Position numbers and translations under genes: made by a program. Under the pieces are notes generated by a model. The model was not told where the DNA came from, did no database searches, and saw only the letters and a list, made by a program, of their open reading frames with translations. A stretch of 64,000 nucleotides of DNA from Eubacteriales bacterium (GTDB lineage Bacteria; Bacillota; Clostridia; Oscillospirales; CAG-382), in the NCBI GenBank assembly GCA_045539625.1, contig JAZQFS010000025.1, forward strand, positions 18,626 to 82,625. The letters are read 5' to 3'. Of the stretch, positions 18,357-28,541 are shown piece by piece; position 1 is the stretch's first letter, and each line of letters opens with the position of its first letter.

Positions 18357-20468
18357 TTATTCTGCTGCTTCTTCGGTAGCTTCTGCTACTGCTTCTTCAG
18401 CGGCTTCTTCAACTACTGCTTCTTCTTCGGGTTCGAGAAGTGCACGCATTGAGAGGCTTACACGCTTTGCTTCGTAATCGATAGCTGTAATCTTAGCTGT
18501 TACAACATCACCTACGTTAAGCTCGTCAGCGGGCTTTGCGATCTTCTTGTTGGAGATCTGTGAAATGTGGATAAGACCGTCGATACCGGGGATGATTTCA
18601 GCAAATGCGCCGAAGGGTGTAAGACCTACAACCTTAGCTTCTACTACATCGCCTTCGTTATACTTTTCGGAAAGGATTACCCAAGGATTTTCTGCATCAA
18701 CCTTGTAGCCGAGAGAAATTCTCTTGTTTTCCTTATCGAGAGCCTTGATGAATACGTCGATTTCGTCGCCAACGCTTACAACTTCGGAAGGATTCTTGAT
18801 TCTCTTCCAGCTGAGTTCGCTTACGTGAACCATACCGTCAACACCGCCAAGGTCAACAAATGCACCGTAATTGGTGATGGACTTAACCTTACCTGTGAAC
18901 TTCTGGCCTTCGTATACGCCTTCCCAGAACTTAGCTTCTGCTGCTTCTCTTTCAACTCTTGCTGCAGCTCTCATCGAGCCTACAACACGCTTTCTTGCCT
19001 TCTCAACGCTGATAATCTTGAAGGAAACGGTCTGTCCCATGAATACCTGAAGATCCTTTTCTTCGTAAGGTGTTTCGCTTCTGGGAAGAGTTGTCTGTGA
19101 AATCGGGATAAATACTCTTACATTCTTTGCGAGAACTGCGATACCGCCCTTGGTGGTTTCTACAACCTTACCCTCAAGGATTTCGCCGTTTGCTTCGCAT
19201 TCTTCGATAACATCCCAATACTTAGCAGCGTCAATCTTTGTCTTGGAAAGAAGAACTGTGCCTTCTACGTCGTTGGACTTAACTACTACTGCTTCGATTT
19301 CATCGTCAACCTTAACGATGTCTTCGAGCTTTGCGGATGAGTCCATTGTCATTTCTGCGAAAGGAATGATACCTGTGTATTTTACACCGAGGTCAAGCTG
19401 TACCTCAGTAGGTGTAACTGCTGTTACAATACCCTTTACGGTTTCTCCTGTGCGAAGTCTTCTGAAGGACGCGTCAAGCATCTCCTCAAAGCTCATGCTG
19501 TCATTGATTTCTGTGTTCTGCATTTTGTTTGTTTCACCGGAATTAAGTATTTGCAATACTCCGGCTTTTACCTCCTCTAATATATCATCGGGTGTTGATG
19601 CACCCGCTGTTATCCCTACGGTGAAAAACTTGGATTGCTGCGAGTCTTTACTGTTATACAGCCTAAGCAGCCCGCTTTTGTCCAGCTCATCAGCCTTTTC
19701 CACAAGAAACGTACCCTCGCAGAAGCCTGACGCTATATCAAACAGCTTTTTCGTGTTTGAGCTTTTACGTCCGCCTACCACAAGCACACAGTCACTTTGT
19801 GAAGCAATGCTGACAACCTCATTTTGTCTTTTTTCCGTAACACTACATATTGTATCAAATATTTTTGAATTTGTATATAGTTTTTCCGCAACTTTCTGAC
19901 AATTTACATATTTTTCATTATTATATGTGGTTTGTGACGTCAGCACGAAACATTCTTCATTGTTTGTTAATTTTTCTTTTACAGTTTCAAGCAACTCATC
20001 ACTGTCTGAGCACACAACCGCCCGGCAGTGGGAGTAGCTTTTTGTTCCAATTACCTCAGGGTGAGCCTTATCACCCATTATTACACACAGCTTTGCATCG
20101 GCTGTGTTTTTATCCACGATATCATGTATTCTCAGAACATAGGGACAGGTAGCATCAACATATTCAAAGCCTGCTTTGTCAAGATATTCCACAAGCTCTT
20201 TTTTCACGCCGTGAGCACGTACAACAAGAATTACCTCGTCTTTATGTGCTTCAAGGCTTTGAAGCTCTTCTTCCTCAATGCAGAAAATATTGTCCTTTTC
20301 AAGGCGTTCAAGAAACACACCGTTATGTATAAGCTCGCCTATTGAGTAAATTCGTTTACCCGTCTTTTTTCTAAGTTCAAGTACCGTATCCACCGCACGT
20401 CTTACACCAAAGCAAAAGCCCGCATTTTCGGCACACAGCACTCTGACAGCACGTTTACTTTCTGCCAT
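18357..20468 (-). CDS. ispH: Bifunctional 4-hydroxy-3-methylbut-2-enyl diphosphate reductase / ribosomal protein S1
   Basis: The N-terminal LytB domain has AGFCFGVRRAV and three Cys regions. The C-terminus has four S1 repeats (G.V......GAFV(D/E)..G..G..H.S). This fusion is well known in Clostridia. Confidence 0.9.
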   Translation of the reverse strand: MAESKRAVRVLCAENAGFCFGVRRAVDTVLELRKKTGKRIYSIGELIHNGVFLERLEKDNIFCIEEEELQSLEAHKDEVILVVRAHGVKKELVEYLDKAGFEYVDATCPYVLRIHDIVDKNTADAKLCVIMGDKAHPEVIGTKSYSHCRAVVCSDSDELLETVKEKLTNNEECFVLTSQTTYNNEKYVNCQKVAEKLYTNSKIFDTICSVTEKRQNEVVSIASQSDCVLVVGGRKSSNTKKLFDIASGFCEGTFLVEKADELDKSGLLRLYNSKDSQQSKFFTVGITAGASTPDDILEEVKAGVLQILNSGETNKMQNTEINDSMSFEEMLDASFRRLRTGETVKGIVTAVTPTEVQLDLGVKYTGIIPFAEMTMDSSAKLEDIVKVDDEIEAVVVKSNDVEGTVLLSKTKIDAAKYWDVIEECEANGEILEGKVVETTKGGIAVLAKNVRVFIPISQTTLPRSETPYEEKDLQVFMGQTVSFKIISVEKARKRVVGSMRAAARVEREAAEAKFWEGVYEGQKFTGKVKSITNYGAFVDLGGVDGMVHVSELSWKRIKNPSEVVSVGDEIDVFIKALDKENKRISLGYKVDAENPWVILSEKYNEGDVVEAKVVGLTPFGAFAEIIPGIDGLIHISQISNKKIAKPADELNVGDVVTAKITAIDYEAKRVSLSMRALLEPEEEAVVEEAAEEAVAEATEEAAE

Positions 20469-21093
20469 TGCTCATATCCTCTGCCTTTTTACAGCCGTCA
20501 CATACTCGTGCAAAAACATCCGCCGCAACTCTTTCGTATTCTTCCCTTGATGAATCTGCGATATTCAGGCTGTCATAGCTCATCGGCTCGCCGATTACAA
20601 CATAAACCTTTCTGAAAAGCTTTACCGTATAATTCTTGGTGTATATGCTTATGGGAAGAACGGTTGCCTTTGTGTGCTTTGTTATCATTGAAATGCCGTT
20701 TTTAACCTCGGTATTTTCAGGCGATACGCCGGGATAACGTGTTCCTTGCGGGAACATAAAAATACTTCCTCCCGACTTTAAAATACTCAGAATTGTTCTC
20801 ATTGCCATAAGGTCGCTTGCTCCTCGGTCTATAGGCTGAGCACCCAGCGCTTTAAGCAAGCCTCTGAGCACGGGAACATCGAAAAGCTCCTTTTTCGCGA
20901 CAAAGGTAATAGGTCTTTTGGTGCTTACGGCAAGAATTACCGCATCCCAGTTTGACATATGGTTGGCACAGTAAATCGCAGGTCCGTCAAACTTTTCATT
21001 TTCCTTGCCTACAACCTTTACACGGAACAGCAGCTTAAACACACCGCCGAGAAGCCATGTAACAAAATTATAAAACCACATTGATTTTTTCAT
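20455..21093 (-). CDS. plsC: 1-acyl-sn-glycerol-3-phosphate acyltransferase
   Basis: NHMSNWD (HX4D) and FPQGTR motifs; an N-terminal TM helix. Confidence 0.85.
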   Translation of the reverse strand: MKKSMWFYNFVTWLLGGVFKLLFRVKVVGKENEKFDGPAIYCANHMSNWDAVILAVSTKRPITFVAKKELFDVPVLRGLLKALGAQPIDRGASDLMAMRTILSILKSGGSIFMFPQGTRYPGVSPENTEVKNGISMITKHTKATVLPISIYTKNYTVKLFRKVYVVIGEPMSYDSLNIADSSREEYERVAADVFARVCDGCKKAEDMSNGRK

Positions 21094-21742
21094 TTATTAT
21101 TTCTACCACCTTATCAACATTTGCTTCAATTCCAAGGTCGGAATTATCAAGCATAACCGCATCGTCTGCAGGCTTACAGGGAGCTGTTTCTCTTTCGGAA
21201 TCGTTTTTGTCTCTGACAATCATATCTTTTAAAACTTCCTCATAGGTTACGTCCTTACCCTTTTCGACAAGCTCTTTATATCTTCTCTTGGCACGACTTT
21301 CGGGTGAAGCAAACATAAAGATTTTAACATCAGCCTGAGGAAGCACCACAGTGCCTATATCTCTGCCGTCCATAATAACATTGTTCTTCTTTGCAAAATC
21401 TCTTTGCATATCAAGAAGAAATGCACGTACCTTGGGAAGTGCGGAAACAGCCGAAGCATACATACTCATTTCGGGAGTTCTTATGTCGTCCGACACATCG
21501 CACCCTGACAGAAAAACATGCTGTGTTCCGTCTACCCACTTAAGTTCTATGTCAATCTTCCCGAAATTTTCGGACAAGGTCTTTTCGTCCTTTGGATCGA
21601 TGGAGTTTTTCTTTGCGAAAAGTCCCACCGTTCTGTATATTGCTCCCGTATCAACATAAAGGAAGCCTATTTTTTTTGCAACAGCCTTTGCTATTGTGCT
21701 TTTACCTGCCCCTGAAGGACCGTCAATTGCTATACTGTACAT
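21068..21742 (-). CDS. cmk: Cytidylate kinase
   Basis: IAIDGPSGAGKSTIAK..A..L...Y.DTGA.YR. Confidence 0.95.
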   Translation of the reverse strand: MYSIAIDGPSGAGKSTIAKAVAKKIGFLYVDTGAIYRTVGLFAKKNSIDPKDEKTLSENFGKIDIELKWVDGTQHVFLSGCDVSDDIRTPEMSMYASAVSALPKVRAFLLDMQRDFAKKNNVIMDGRDIGTVVLPQADVKIFMFASPESRAKRRYKELVEKGKDVTYEEVLKDMIVRDKNDSERETAPCKPADDAVMLDNSDLGIEANVDKVVEIINEKINVVL

Positions 21743-21757
21743 ATTTCACATTACCTT

Positions 21758-23059
21758 TCAGTCATTTGTCTGTGAAGCACTTTTCCCCGCCGCATATCCC
21801 GTACAGAAGGCTATCTGCAAATTAAAGCCTCCCGTATAGGCATCAACATCAAGCACCTCGCCTGCAAAATAAAGATTTTTTACTATTTTTGATTCCATTG
21901 TGGACGGATTTACCTCTTTTACGCAAATCCCTCCGCTTGTTATGATTGCTTCCTCAACGGGACGGAAGCCCGATATTTCAACCTTAAAGCATTTAAGCGT
22001 TTCAAGAATTGTTCTTCTTTGCTCCCTGCTAAGAGAATTTGTTTTCTGTTCCTTTGGTATACCGCACTTACTCAGAAACGGCACTATCATCTTTGAAGGA
22101 AGCAGGTCGCTCATGGCATTATCCATATTTTTGTTGATGTGCTTTGCAAAGTCGGAAAGAAGTCTTGCATCAAGTGTTTTTTCATCAAGTGCAGGCTTTA
22201 AGTCTATCATAACGGTATAACGTCCGTCCTCCATATCACGCATATGGGACGATGCACTGAGTACAAGCGGTCCCGACACGCCGAAATGAGTAAAAAGCAT
22301 CTCGCCCATTTCCTTGAAAACAGGCTTTTTCTTTTTGCTGTCGGTTACGGTAAGCGTTACATTTCTCAAAGACAGCCCCATCATATCACGGCAGCATTTA
22401 TCCTTGCTTGTCAGCGGCACAAGTCCGGGCTTTATTTTCTTTACTGTATGTCCCGCTTTTTCTCCGAAGATATAGCCGTCGCCGTCTGAGCCTGTCACGG
22501 GATAGGACGCTCCGCCTGTGCAGATTATACATCTGTCAAAGCAAAGCTTTTCGTTATTTTCCGTCACCACGGCACAAAACGAGCCGTCCTCGGTTACTAT
22601 ATCCGTTACCTTTTTATTGACAACGTGAACATTATTTTCTCGAAGCTTATTTTTCAGTACCTTTAAAATATCAATTGCCCTGTCGGAAACGGGAAAAACT
22701 CTGTTTCCTCTTTCAACCTTTAACGGCGTTCCTCCGTTTTCAAAAAATTCCATAACCTTTTCCGACGGAAAACCATTATATGAAGCATACAGGAACTTGG
22801 AATTTACGGGAACGTTTGCCAAAAACTCTTCAAGGGTACAGGCGTTTGTCACATTACATCTACCCTTACCAGTTATAAGAAGCTTTTTGCCAAGGTATGC
22901 GTTATCAAAGAATTTCTCCTTATCCAGCACCTTTTCCGACTTATTCTTCTCAAACAGTGTTACCTCTGCTCCGTTCTCAGCCGCCGAAAATGCCGCCATC
23001 ATTCCTGCCGCACCGCCGCCGATTACAGCAACCTTTATACTATTTTCTGCTATTTTCAT
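21758..23059 (-). CDS. BaiN/RdsA (HI0933-like) NAD(P)/FAD-dependent oxidoreductase
   Basis: VAVIGGGAAGMMAA dinucleotide-binding motif, with GGASYP and ITSGG motifs. The start is uncertain: ATGs lie at 23059, 23068 and 23089, and I chose the one with least overlap with the upstream rpiR-family gene. Confidence 0.75.
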   Translation of the reverse strand: MKIAENSIKVAVIGGGAAGMMAAFSAAENGAEVTLFEKNKSEKVLDKEKFFDNAYLGKKLLITGKGRCNVTNACTLEEFLANVPVNSKFLYASYNGFPSEKVMEFFENGGTPLKVERGNRVFPVSDRAIDILKVLKNKLRENNVHVVNKKVTDIVTEDGSFCAVVTENNEKLCFDRCIICTGGASYPVTGSDGDGYIFGEKAGHTVKKIKPGLVPLTSKDKCCRDMMGLSLRNVTLTVTDSKKKKPVFKEMGEMLFTHFGVSGPLVLSASSHMRDMEDGRYTVMIDLKPALDEKTLDARLLSDFAKHINKNMDNAMSDLLPSKMIVPFLSKCGIPKEQKTNSLSREQRRTILETLKCFKVEISGFRPVEEAIITSGGICVKEVNPSTMESKIVKNLYFAGEVLDVDAYTGGFNLQIAFCTGYAAGKSASQTND

Positions 23060-23903
23060 ACACGTCATACTCTTCCCAGATTTTTTCAAGATCGTCGAAG
23101 GTTTCTTTAATTGTATCCTTTTTCTTACGTCCTATTGCCGCAATAAGTGCGTTTATAATGCTTAAAGGTGCAACGAGAGAGTCAACAAAGGAAGCCATAT
23201 CGCTTTTTGCATAAAGCTTTGCATCTGCATAAGATGCTATGGGTGAAGAATCGGAATCGGTAATGGCGATTACATCGGCGCCCTTTCTCTTGGCAAATTC
23301 AGCGGCAAGCTTTGTACGGCTGGAGTATCTCGGAAAAGATATTGCTATCAGCACGTCACCCTTGCTTATACGGAAAATCTGCTCAAACAGCTCGTTTGTA
23401 CTGTTGGAAAACAGCAGCTTTACATTGCCGAACATATAGCACAGATAATGATTTAAAAAGTCGGCAAGTGTACTCGATGAACGTATACCGATAATAAAAA
23501 TATTCTTTGCATTGCAGATAGTATCCACCGCCTGATTGAAGGAGGCTATATCAAGGTTAGCTAACGACTCCTTGATATTATTCATATCCGATGTCAGAAT
23601 ACCCGATGCAACATTACTGTCCGACATCATATTGTCGGCTACATCTATTCTCTGCACCGCCGTCAGCTTTGTACGAAGACTCTGCTGAAGCACGCTCTGA
23701 AATTCGGGATATCCCGAAAAACCAAGCTCCAGAGCAAATCTTACAACGGTAGATTCCGATACGCCTATAGCAGCACCCAGCTTTGTTGCCGTAAGGTATG
23801 CCGCAATCTCTCCCGAATTCTTTATATAGCCTGCAATAAGCTTATGGCTTTTCGACATTTCGGGAAGGCGTTCTTCCATAAGTTCAAACAAATCTTTACG
23901 CAT
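23040..23903 (-). CDS. MurR/RpiR-family transcriptional regulator (HTH + SIS domain)
   Basis: Contains LPEMSKSHKLIAGYI......A..LTATKLGAAIGVSESTVVRFA.ELGFSGYPEF, followed by a SIS domain. The ATG at 23903 follows GAGGTG, so the track ORF extension is rejected. Confidence 0.85.
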   Translation of the reverse strand: MRKDLFELMEERLPEMSKSHKLIAGYIKNSGEIAAYLTATKLGAAIGVSESTVVRFALELGFSGYPEFQSVLQQSLRTKLTAVQRIDVADNMMSDSNVASGILTSDMNNIKESLANLDIASFNQAVDTICNAKNIFIIGIRSSSTLADFLNHYLCYMFGNVKLLFSNSTNELFEQIFRISKGDVLIAISFPRYSSRTKLAAEFAKRKGADVIAITDSDSSPIASYADAKLYAKSDMASFVDSLVAPLSIINALIAAIGRKKKDTIKETFDDLEKIWEEYDVYENSRK

Positions 23904-23994
23904 TTTCCGCACCTCTGAATTTAAATAAGTACGCAATGGGACAAGATATATTATCTCACTATTTTTATTTTTTGTCAAGAGTTTTTGTATTTTC

Positions 23995-24023
23995 TTGACA
24001 CCTGCTTTTTTTTGATATATAAT
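23995..24023 (+). promoter_or_regulatory. Sigma-A promoter for 24051-26236, divergent from the rpiR-family gene
   Basis: TTGACA at 23995-24000, 17 nt spacer, TATAAT at 24018-24023. Confidence 0.75.
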
Positions 24024-24050
24024 GTAAAAAAACACTAAGGAGAGACGATA

Positions 24051-24860
24051 ATGTACACTTTGAAAATGGGTGCATCAAGTGCAGGCAGAGGAATGGAAAC
24101 AAAGGCTGTTTTTGACAGCTACGAAAATTCGGGCATCGACTATATGGAAGTGTCCTCACGCCCCCACGAATATGAAAAATATGACTGGGACGAAGTAAAA
24201 AAGGCGTGCGAGAGTTCAAAAACAAAAATATGGTCGCTCCACACCCCCTTTCACCCCGACACACACAACATTGCCAATATGAACAAGGAAATCCGTGACT
24301 TTACAACAGAGTGCTACAAGGATTTATTTCGCAAAGCCGCCCTGCTTGGTGCAAAGTATGTGATAATTCATCCCAGCAGTGAGCCTATAAGTGATGAGGA
24401 AAGACCTCTTGCAATACAGTATTCAAAGGAAAGCCTTAAAGCCCTTGCCGATGAAGCTGAAAAAGCAGGCGTTACAATTGCAGTGGAAAATCTTCCCAGA
24501 ACCTGTCTCGGCAACACCGTTGAAGAGCTTATGGACATCATTTCCGTTGACGACAGACTTGCAATCTGCTTTGATGTAAACCATCTTTTAAAGCAGACGC
24601 ACAAGCACTTCGTTTCTGTTGCGGGAAGCAGAATCAAGACCTTGCATATTTCAGACTACGATTTCATTGACGAAAGACATCTTCTTCCCGGAAAAGGCAA
24701 GATAGACTGGAAAGAAATTCTTGACCTTCTTGAAAGCATCGGCTACGACGGACCGTTTATGTACGAGGTAAGCCTGAAAGCTGTGGGCAGTGAAGAAAAT
24801 AAGCCCGATACAGACACAGCCAAAGACAATTATAACAAAGTAATGGAGAGAAAAATTTGA
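24051..24860 (+). CDS. Sugar phosphate isomerase/epimerase (xylose-isomerase-like TIM barrel)
   Basis: 269 aa with SLHTPF, YVIIHP, IAVENL, CFDVNH and HISDY family blocks. RBS is AAGGAGAG. Confidence 0.7.
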   Translation: MYTLKMGASSAGRGMETKAVFDSYENSGIDYMEVSSRPHEYEKYDWDEVKKACESSKTKIWSLHTPFHPDTHNIANMNKEIRDFTTECYKDLFRKAALLGAKYVIIHPSSEPISDEERPLAIQYSKESLKALADEAEKAGVTIAVENLPRTCLGNTVEELMDIISVDDRLAICFDVNHLLKQTHKHFVSVAGSRIKTLHISDYDFIDERHLLPGKGKIDWKEILDLLESIGYDGPFMYEVSLKAVGSEENKPDTDTAKDNYNKVMERKI

Positions 24861-26236
24861 AAAAGCTTACTCTTCCGTCAGTTTTCACTGACAGAATGAA
24901 AAACATCCTTGCCAAGGATTTTGACAGCTTCATAGATGAGCTTGAAAACGGTGAACCGTCAAAGGCTCTATTCTTTAACAAGACTGCCGTTATTTCAGAC
25001 AGCACAAAGAATGAGCTTTGTTTATCACCCGTTCCTTTTACCTCCAACGGCTTTTACTACGGGGCCGACAGCATCGGCAACACGCCCTTACACCACGCAG
25101 GTGCTTTTTACATACAGGACCCATCGGCAATGGCAACAATGTCGTCGGTAAGTCATCTTGAATTCAAAAACGTGCTTGACTGTTGTGCCTCACCCGGCGG
25201 CAAATCACTGTATGCTTCCGTTTGTGCCCAAAACGGCGGAGTGCTTGTTTCCAACGAATTCAATGTCACACGGTGCAAAACCCTTGTTGGAAATATTGAA
25301 CGCTTCGCCATAAAAAATGCCGTTGTCACAAACTTTGATATGACCGAGAAAAACGGTCTTTGCGATATTTACGAAGGATTTTTTGACCTGATAATCTGTG
25401 ATGCACCCTGCAGCGGCGAAGGAATGTTCCGAAAGTACCCGACCGAAGCCATCGGCGACTGGAGCGTGCAGAATGTTTTACTCTGTGCTGACAGGCAAAA
25501 GAAAATTTTAGATGTGGCATCGTCACTTGTAAAAGACGGAGGATATCTTCTTTATTCCACCTGCACTTTTTCTCTTGACGAAAACGAGCTTCAGATTGAC
25601 GCATTTTTAAAGTCACATACCGATTTTTCTCTTATTCCCGTAAGCGATGAGGTACAAAAAGTCACAGCTTTCGGTGTGATTTGCGACGGCTGTGACGAAA
25701 GCATAAGTCTTTGCAGGCGGTTTTATCCCCACGTATCAAAGGGAGAGGGACAGTTTATTGCACTTATGCAGAAAAAGAGCTGTGACTCACCTAAAAAAAT
25801 CAAGTACACATCACCCCTGTCAAAGCCTTCGGAGTCCGATATAAAGGCTTTGAAGGAATTCACCTCAAAAGCGTTATCGGAATTTGATATTTCAAAGGTA
25901 TTCAAGTACAACGAAAACTTAATTTACATTGACTTTGATGCAAAAATACCGCAAAAGAAGGTGTTCTCCTGCGGTGTGAAGTTGGGAAGTATTGAAAAGA
26001 ACAGGTTTATTCCTCATCATCAGCTTTTCAAATGCTTCGGCGGTGATTTTAAAAATGTACTTGATTTAACCGACGACCTTGACGCTTGTACCAAATATTT
26101 ACACGGTGAGGTAATCGGTGCAGACATTTCCAACGGCTGGTGTGCCGTGACATACGGCGGTTTTGTTCTCGGCGGAGGAAAGGCTGTTGACGGGGTTGTT
26201 AAAAATCATTATCCGAAAGGACTAAGAATCTTATAA
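24857..26236 (+). CDS. rsmF: RsmB/RsmF-family RNA cytosine-C5 methyltransferase
   Basis: Motifs DCCASPGGKS, DAPCSGEGMFRK and YSTCTFS..ENE. TTG start at 24857 overlaps the upstream TGA. Confidence 0.85.
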   Translation: MKKLTLPSVFTDRMKNILAKDFDSFIDELENGEPSKALFFNKTAVISDSTKNELCLSPVPFTSNGFYYGADSIGNTPLHHAGAFYIQDPSAMATMSSVSHLEFKNVLDCCASPGGKSLYASVCAQNGGVLVSNEFNVTRCKTLVGNIERFAIKNAVVTNFDMTEKNGLCDIYEGFFDLIICDAPCSGEGMFRKYPTEAIGDWSVQNVLLCADRQKKILDVASSLVKDGGYLLYSTCTFSLDENELQIDAFLKSHTDFSLIPVSDEVQKVTAFGVICDGCDESISLCRRFYPHVSKGEGQFIALMQKKSCDSPKKIKYTSPLSKPSESDIKALKEFTSKALSEFDISKVFKYNENLIYIDFDAKIPQKKVFSCGVKLGSIEKNRFIPHHQLFKCFGGDFKNVLDLTDDLDACTKYLHGEVIGADISNGWCAVTYGGFVLGGGKAVDGVVKNHYPKGLRIL

Positions 26237-26244
26237 ATCAAAAA

Positions 26245-26283
26245 GGCTTGTACCAATTACTTTGATACAAGCCATATTTTTTA
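26245..26283. terminator. Bidirectional terminator between convergent genes
   Basis: GGCTTGTA...TACAAGCC stem flanked by AAAA on one side and ATATTTTTT on the other. Confidence 0.7.
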
Positions 26284-26294
26284 CTTTTTTCACT

Positions 26295-27029
26295 TCAACA
26301 AAACCACCCGCCGTTAACCGACAGTGTTTCGCCCGTGATATATGCCGCATCCTCATGTGCAAGAAATGCAACAGCGTGAGCAACCTCATTTGGTTTTCCC
26401 ATTCGTCCTGCAGGGATTTCCTCGCAGATTGCCCTCAGCTCATCTTGCGACAGGTGTGAGTTCATTTTTGTGTCAATAATACCGGGGCACACGCAATTTA
26501 CGGTAATTCCGCTTGGTGCAAGCTCCTTTGCAAGAGCCTTGGTAAAGCCGATAAGAGCAGCCTTTGATGAGGAATATGCCACCTCGCAGGACGCACCAAC
26601 CTGTCCCCACACAGAAGAAATATTGATAATCCTGCCCCACTTATTATGTACCATATGCTCCGATGCTTTTTTTGAGCACAGAAATGCACTTTTCAGGTTT
26701 ATGTCATGTACTCTATCCCATTCTTTTTCACTTGTATCGCACAGCATCATAACGGAAGATATCCCTGCATTGTTTACAAGTATATCAATTCCTCCGAAGG
26801 TTTTATCAAGGGTGCGGAACATTTCGTCTGCCTCTGCTTCAACAGTAAGGTCAGCCTGTACGTATGCCGTCTTTACACCATAGGTTTCTGACAGCACCTT
26901 GGCAAGCTTTTGTGCCTGCTCGGGCTTTGAATTTGTGTGCAAAGCCGTATTATATCCGCTTTGAGCAAGCTTTACTGCCATTGCTTCGCCTATTGTGCCT
27001 GTTGCACCTGTTACAAGTACATTTTTCAT
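26295..27029 (-). CDS. SDR-family oxidoreductase (FabG-like)
   Basis: Begins MKNVLVTGATGTIGEA; has NNAG and the YSSSK catalytic motif. The ATG at 27029 follows AAGAGGTG; the track start is a GTG inside that RBS. Confidence 0.8.
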   Translation of the reverse strand: MKNVLVTGATGTIGEAMAVKLAQSGYNTALHTNSKPEQAQKLAKVLSETYGVKTAYVQADLTVEAEADEMFRTLDKTFGGIDILVNNAGISSVMMLCDTSEKEWDRVHDINLKSAFLCSKKASEHMVHNKWGRIINISSVWGQVGASCEVAYSSSKAALIGFTKALAKELAPSGITVNCVCPGIIDTKMNSHLSQDELRAICEEIPAGRMGKPNEVAHAVAFLAHEDAAYITGETLSVNGGWFC

Positions 27030-27041
27030 TGCCGTCACCTC

Positions 27042-27731
27042 TTACTTTGCCGAAAACAGCACAAATCCCACCGTATTTATTGCAAAATTTGCAAACATAT
27101 GGGTAAACCACGAGCTGTAGATGTTTCCGTTCTTTTCATTGAGAAAATTAAAGATTATTCCGCCGCACACAAGTCCCGCCATTACTATCACCATCAAAAG
27201 CACATCAAACATTCCCAAAGTCATACCTGCATGGTAAAACGCAAAAAGAACGGGGCTGAATATGTATGCAAAAGTACGTGATGTGTACTTTTTCATAATG
27301 ATAAAGCCAAAGCCTCTGAAGAAAAATTCTTCAAGGAAGGAATTCATCACCGAAATATACAGTGCCACATACAGGAAATTGTCTTTTGTTATTCCCATAC
27401 CTGCTTCAAGCGTGCCCGTTACTGCGGAAAAATCAAAAAAGGAGCGAGTCAGAAAATATCCGCCCGTTATAACGGCATATATTCCAAGCCCCAGCAGCAG
27501 AGAAAGACCAAGCCCCTTACGTTTCGGTCTGAACAACGCTTTAAAATCAGCAAAGGCTTGCTTATTGAGCACAAAATAAAACAACGGAAGCACAAGGAAA
27601 AACAGTATTTTTATGGGTATTTTTGAAAAATAAGGCGGATGCACAAAGGCATCAACATATGTAATCGCCGCTGAAAAAACAAAGAGCGCAAATATGATGT
27701 AAAAGCTGCTTTTGTTAAAAATCTTTCTCAT
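27042..27731 (-). CDS. CPBP-family intramembrane glutamic endopeptidase (CAAX protease-like)
   Basis: Multi-pass membrane protein with EEFFFRG, FAFYH and H(M)FAN motifs. Confidence 0.8.
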   Translation of the reverse strand: MRKIFNKSSFYIIFALFVFSAAITYVDAFVHPPYFSKIPIKILFFLVLPLFYFVLNKQAFADFKALFRPKRKGLGLSLLLGLGIYAVITGGYFLTRSFFDFSAVTGTLEAGMGITKDNFLYVALYISVMNSFLEEFFFRGFGFIIMKKYTSRTFAYIFSPVLFAFYHAGMTLGMFDVLLMVIVMAGLVCGGIIFNFLNEKNGNIYSSWFTHMFANFAINTVGFVLFSAK

Positions 27732-27749
27732 ACTTACACTCCTTATATT

Positions 27750-28541
27750 CTATTTGATTGAGTAAAACCGACAGGCATTATTATACGTTATTGAGCAAAA
27801 TTCCTCTGCACTTATTCCAAGAAGCTCACCGCATTTTTCTGCGGTAAACTTAATGTAGTCAGATCTGTTCATCTCGCCTCTGTGAGGAACAGGTGTAAGA
27901 TAGGGACAGTCGGTTTCGACAAGCAGCCTGTTAATTCCGTCGGGGTGAAGCTGACGGATTGACTCCACTATTTCCACAATCTTACGTGCGTTTTTGAAGG
28001 TGGTAACGCCGTTGACTGAAATATAATATCCCATCTTCAGCACTTCCTTCGCCATCTCAACCGAGCCCGAAAAGCTATGGACAACTCCTATCACATCGGG
28101 GAATTCCTTCATTATTTCAAGCACATCACCGTGAGCCTCTCTGTCATGTATTATGACAGGTGCACCCAATTTTTGTGCAAGAGCCATCTGTGCTCTGAAG
28201 CACACCTTCTGTTCTTCCTTTTCTTCGGGAGTCCAGTAGTAGTCAAGTCCGATTTCGCCGATAGCACGCACCTTGTCATTTTGGGTGTACATTCTTTCAA
28301 GCTCATTCAACCAATCGAGGTTTTCCATATCCTTTACCGCATCGGAAGGATGAACGCCCACACTCGCATATACAAAGTCATACTTCTGCGACAATTCCAC
28401 ACTTTTTCTGCTTGAAGCAAGGCTTGCACCGATATTACAGATTTTTTCTACACCTGCATTATGAACTTCTCTGAGTATCTCATCACGACTGCCGTCGAAT
28501 TTTTCATCATCGTAATGGGCGTGTGAATCAAATATTGTCAT
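27750..28541 (-). CDS. tatD: TatD-family metal-dependent hydrolase
   Basis: Begins MTIFDSHAHYD; also has GEIGLDY, IHDREAH, HSFSG and ETDCPY. Confidence 0.9.
   Translation of the reverse strand: MTIFDSHAHYDDEKFDGSRDEILREVHNAGVEKICNIGASLASSRKSVELSQKYDFVYASVGVHPSDAVKDMENLDWLNELERMYTQNDKVRAIGEIGLDYYWTPEEKEEQKVCFRAQMALAQKLGAPVIIHDREAHGDVLEIMKEFPDVIGVVHSFSGSVEMAKEVLKMGYYISVNGVTTFKNARKIVEIVESIRQLHPDGINRLLVETDCPYLTPVPHRGEMNRSDYIKFTAEKCGELLGISAEEFCSITYNNACRFYSIK

Noticed and set aside
18567-19899. Plus-strand ORFs 18567-19100 and 19150-19899
   Set aside because: They are antisense to the ispH/S1 fusion gene. Their Ser/Thr-rich composition is the mirror of the acidic S1 repeats.
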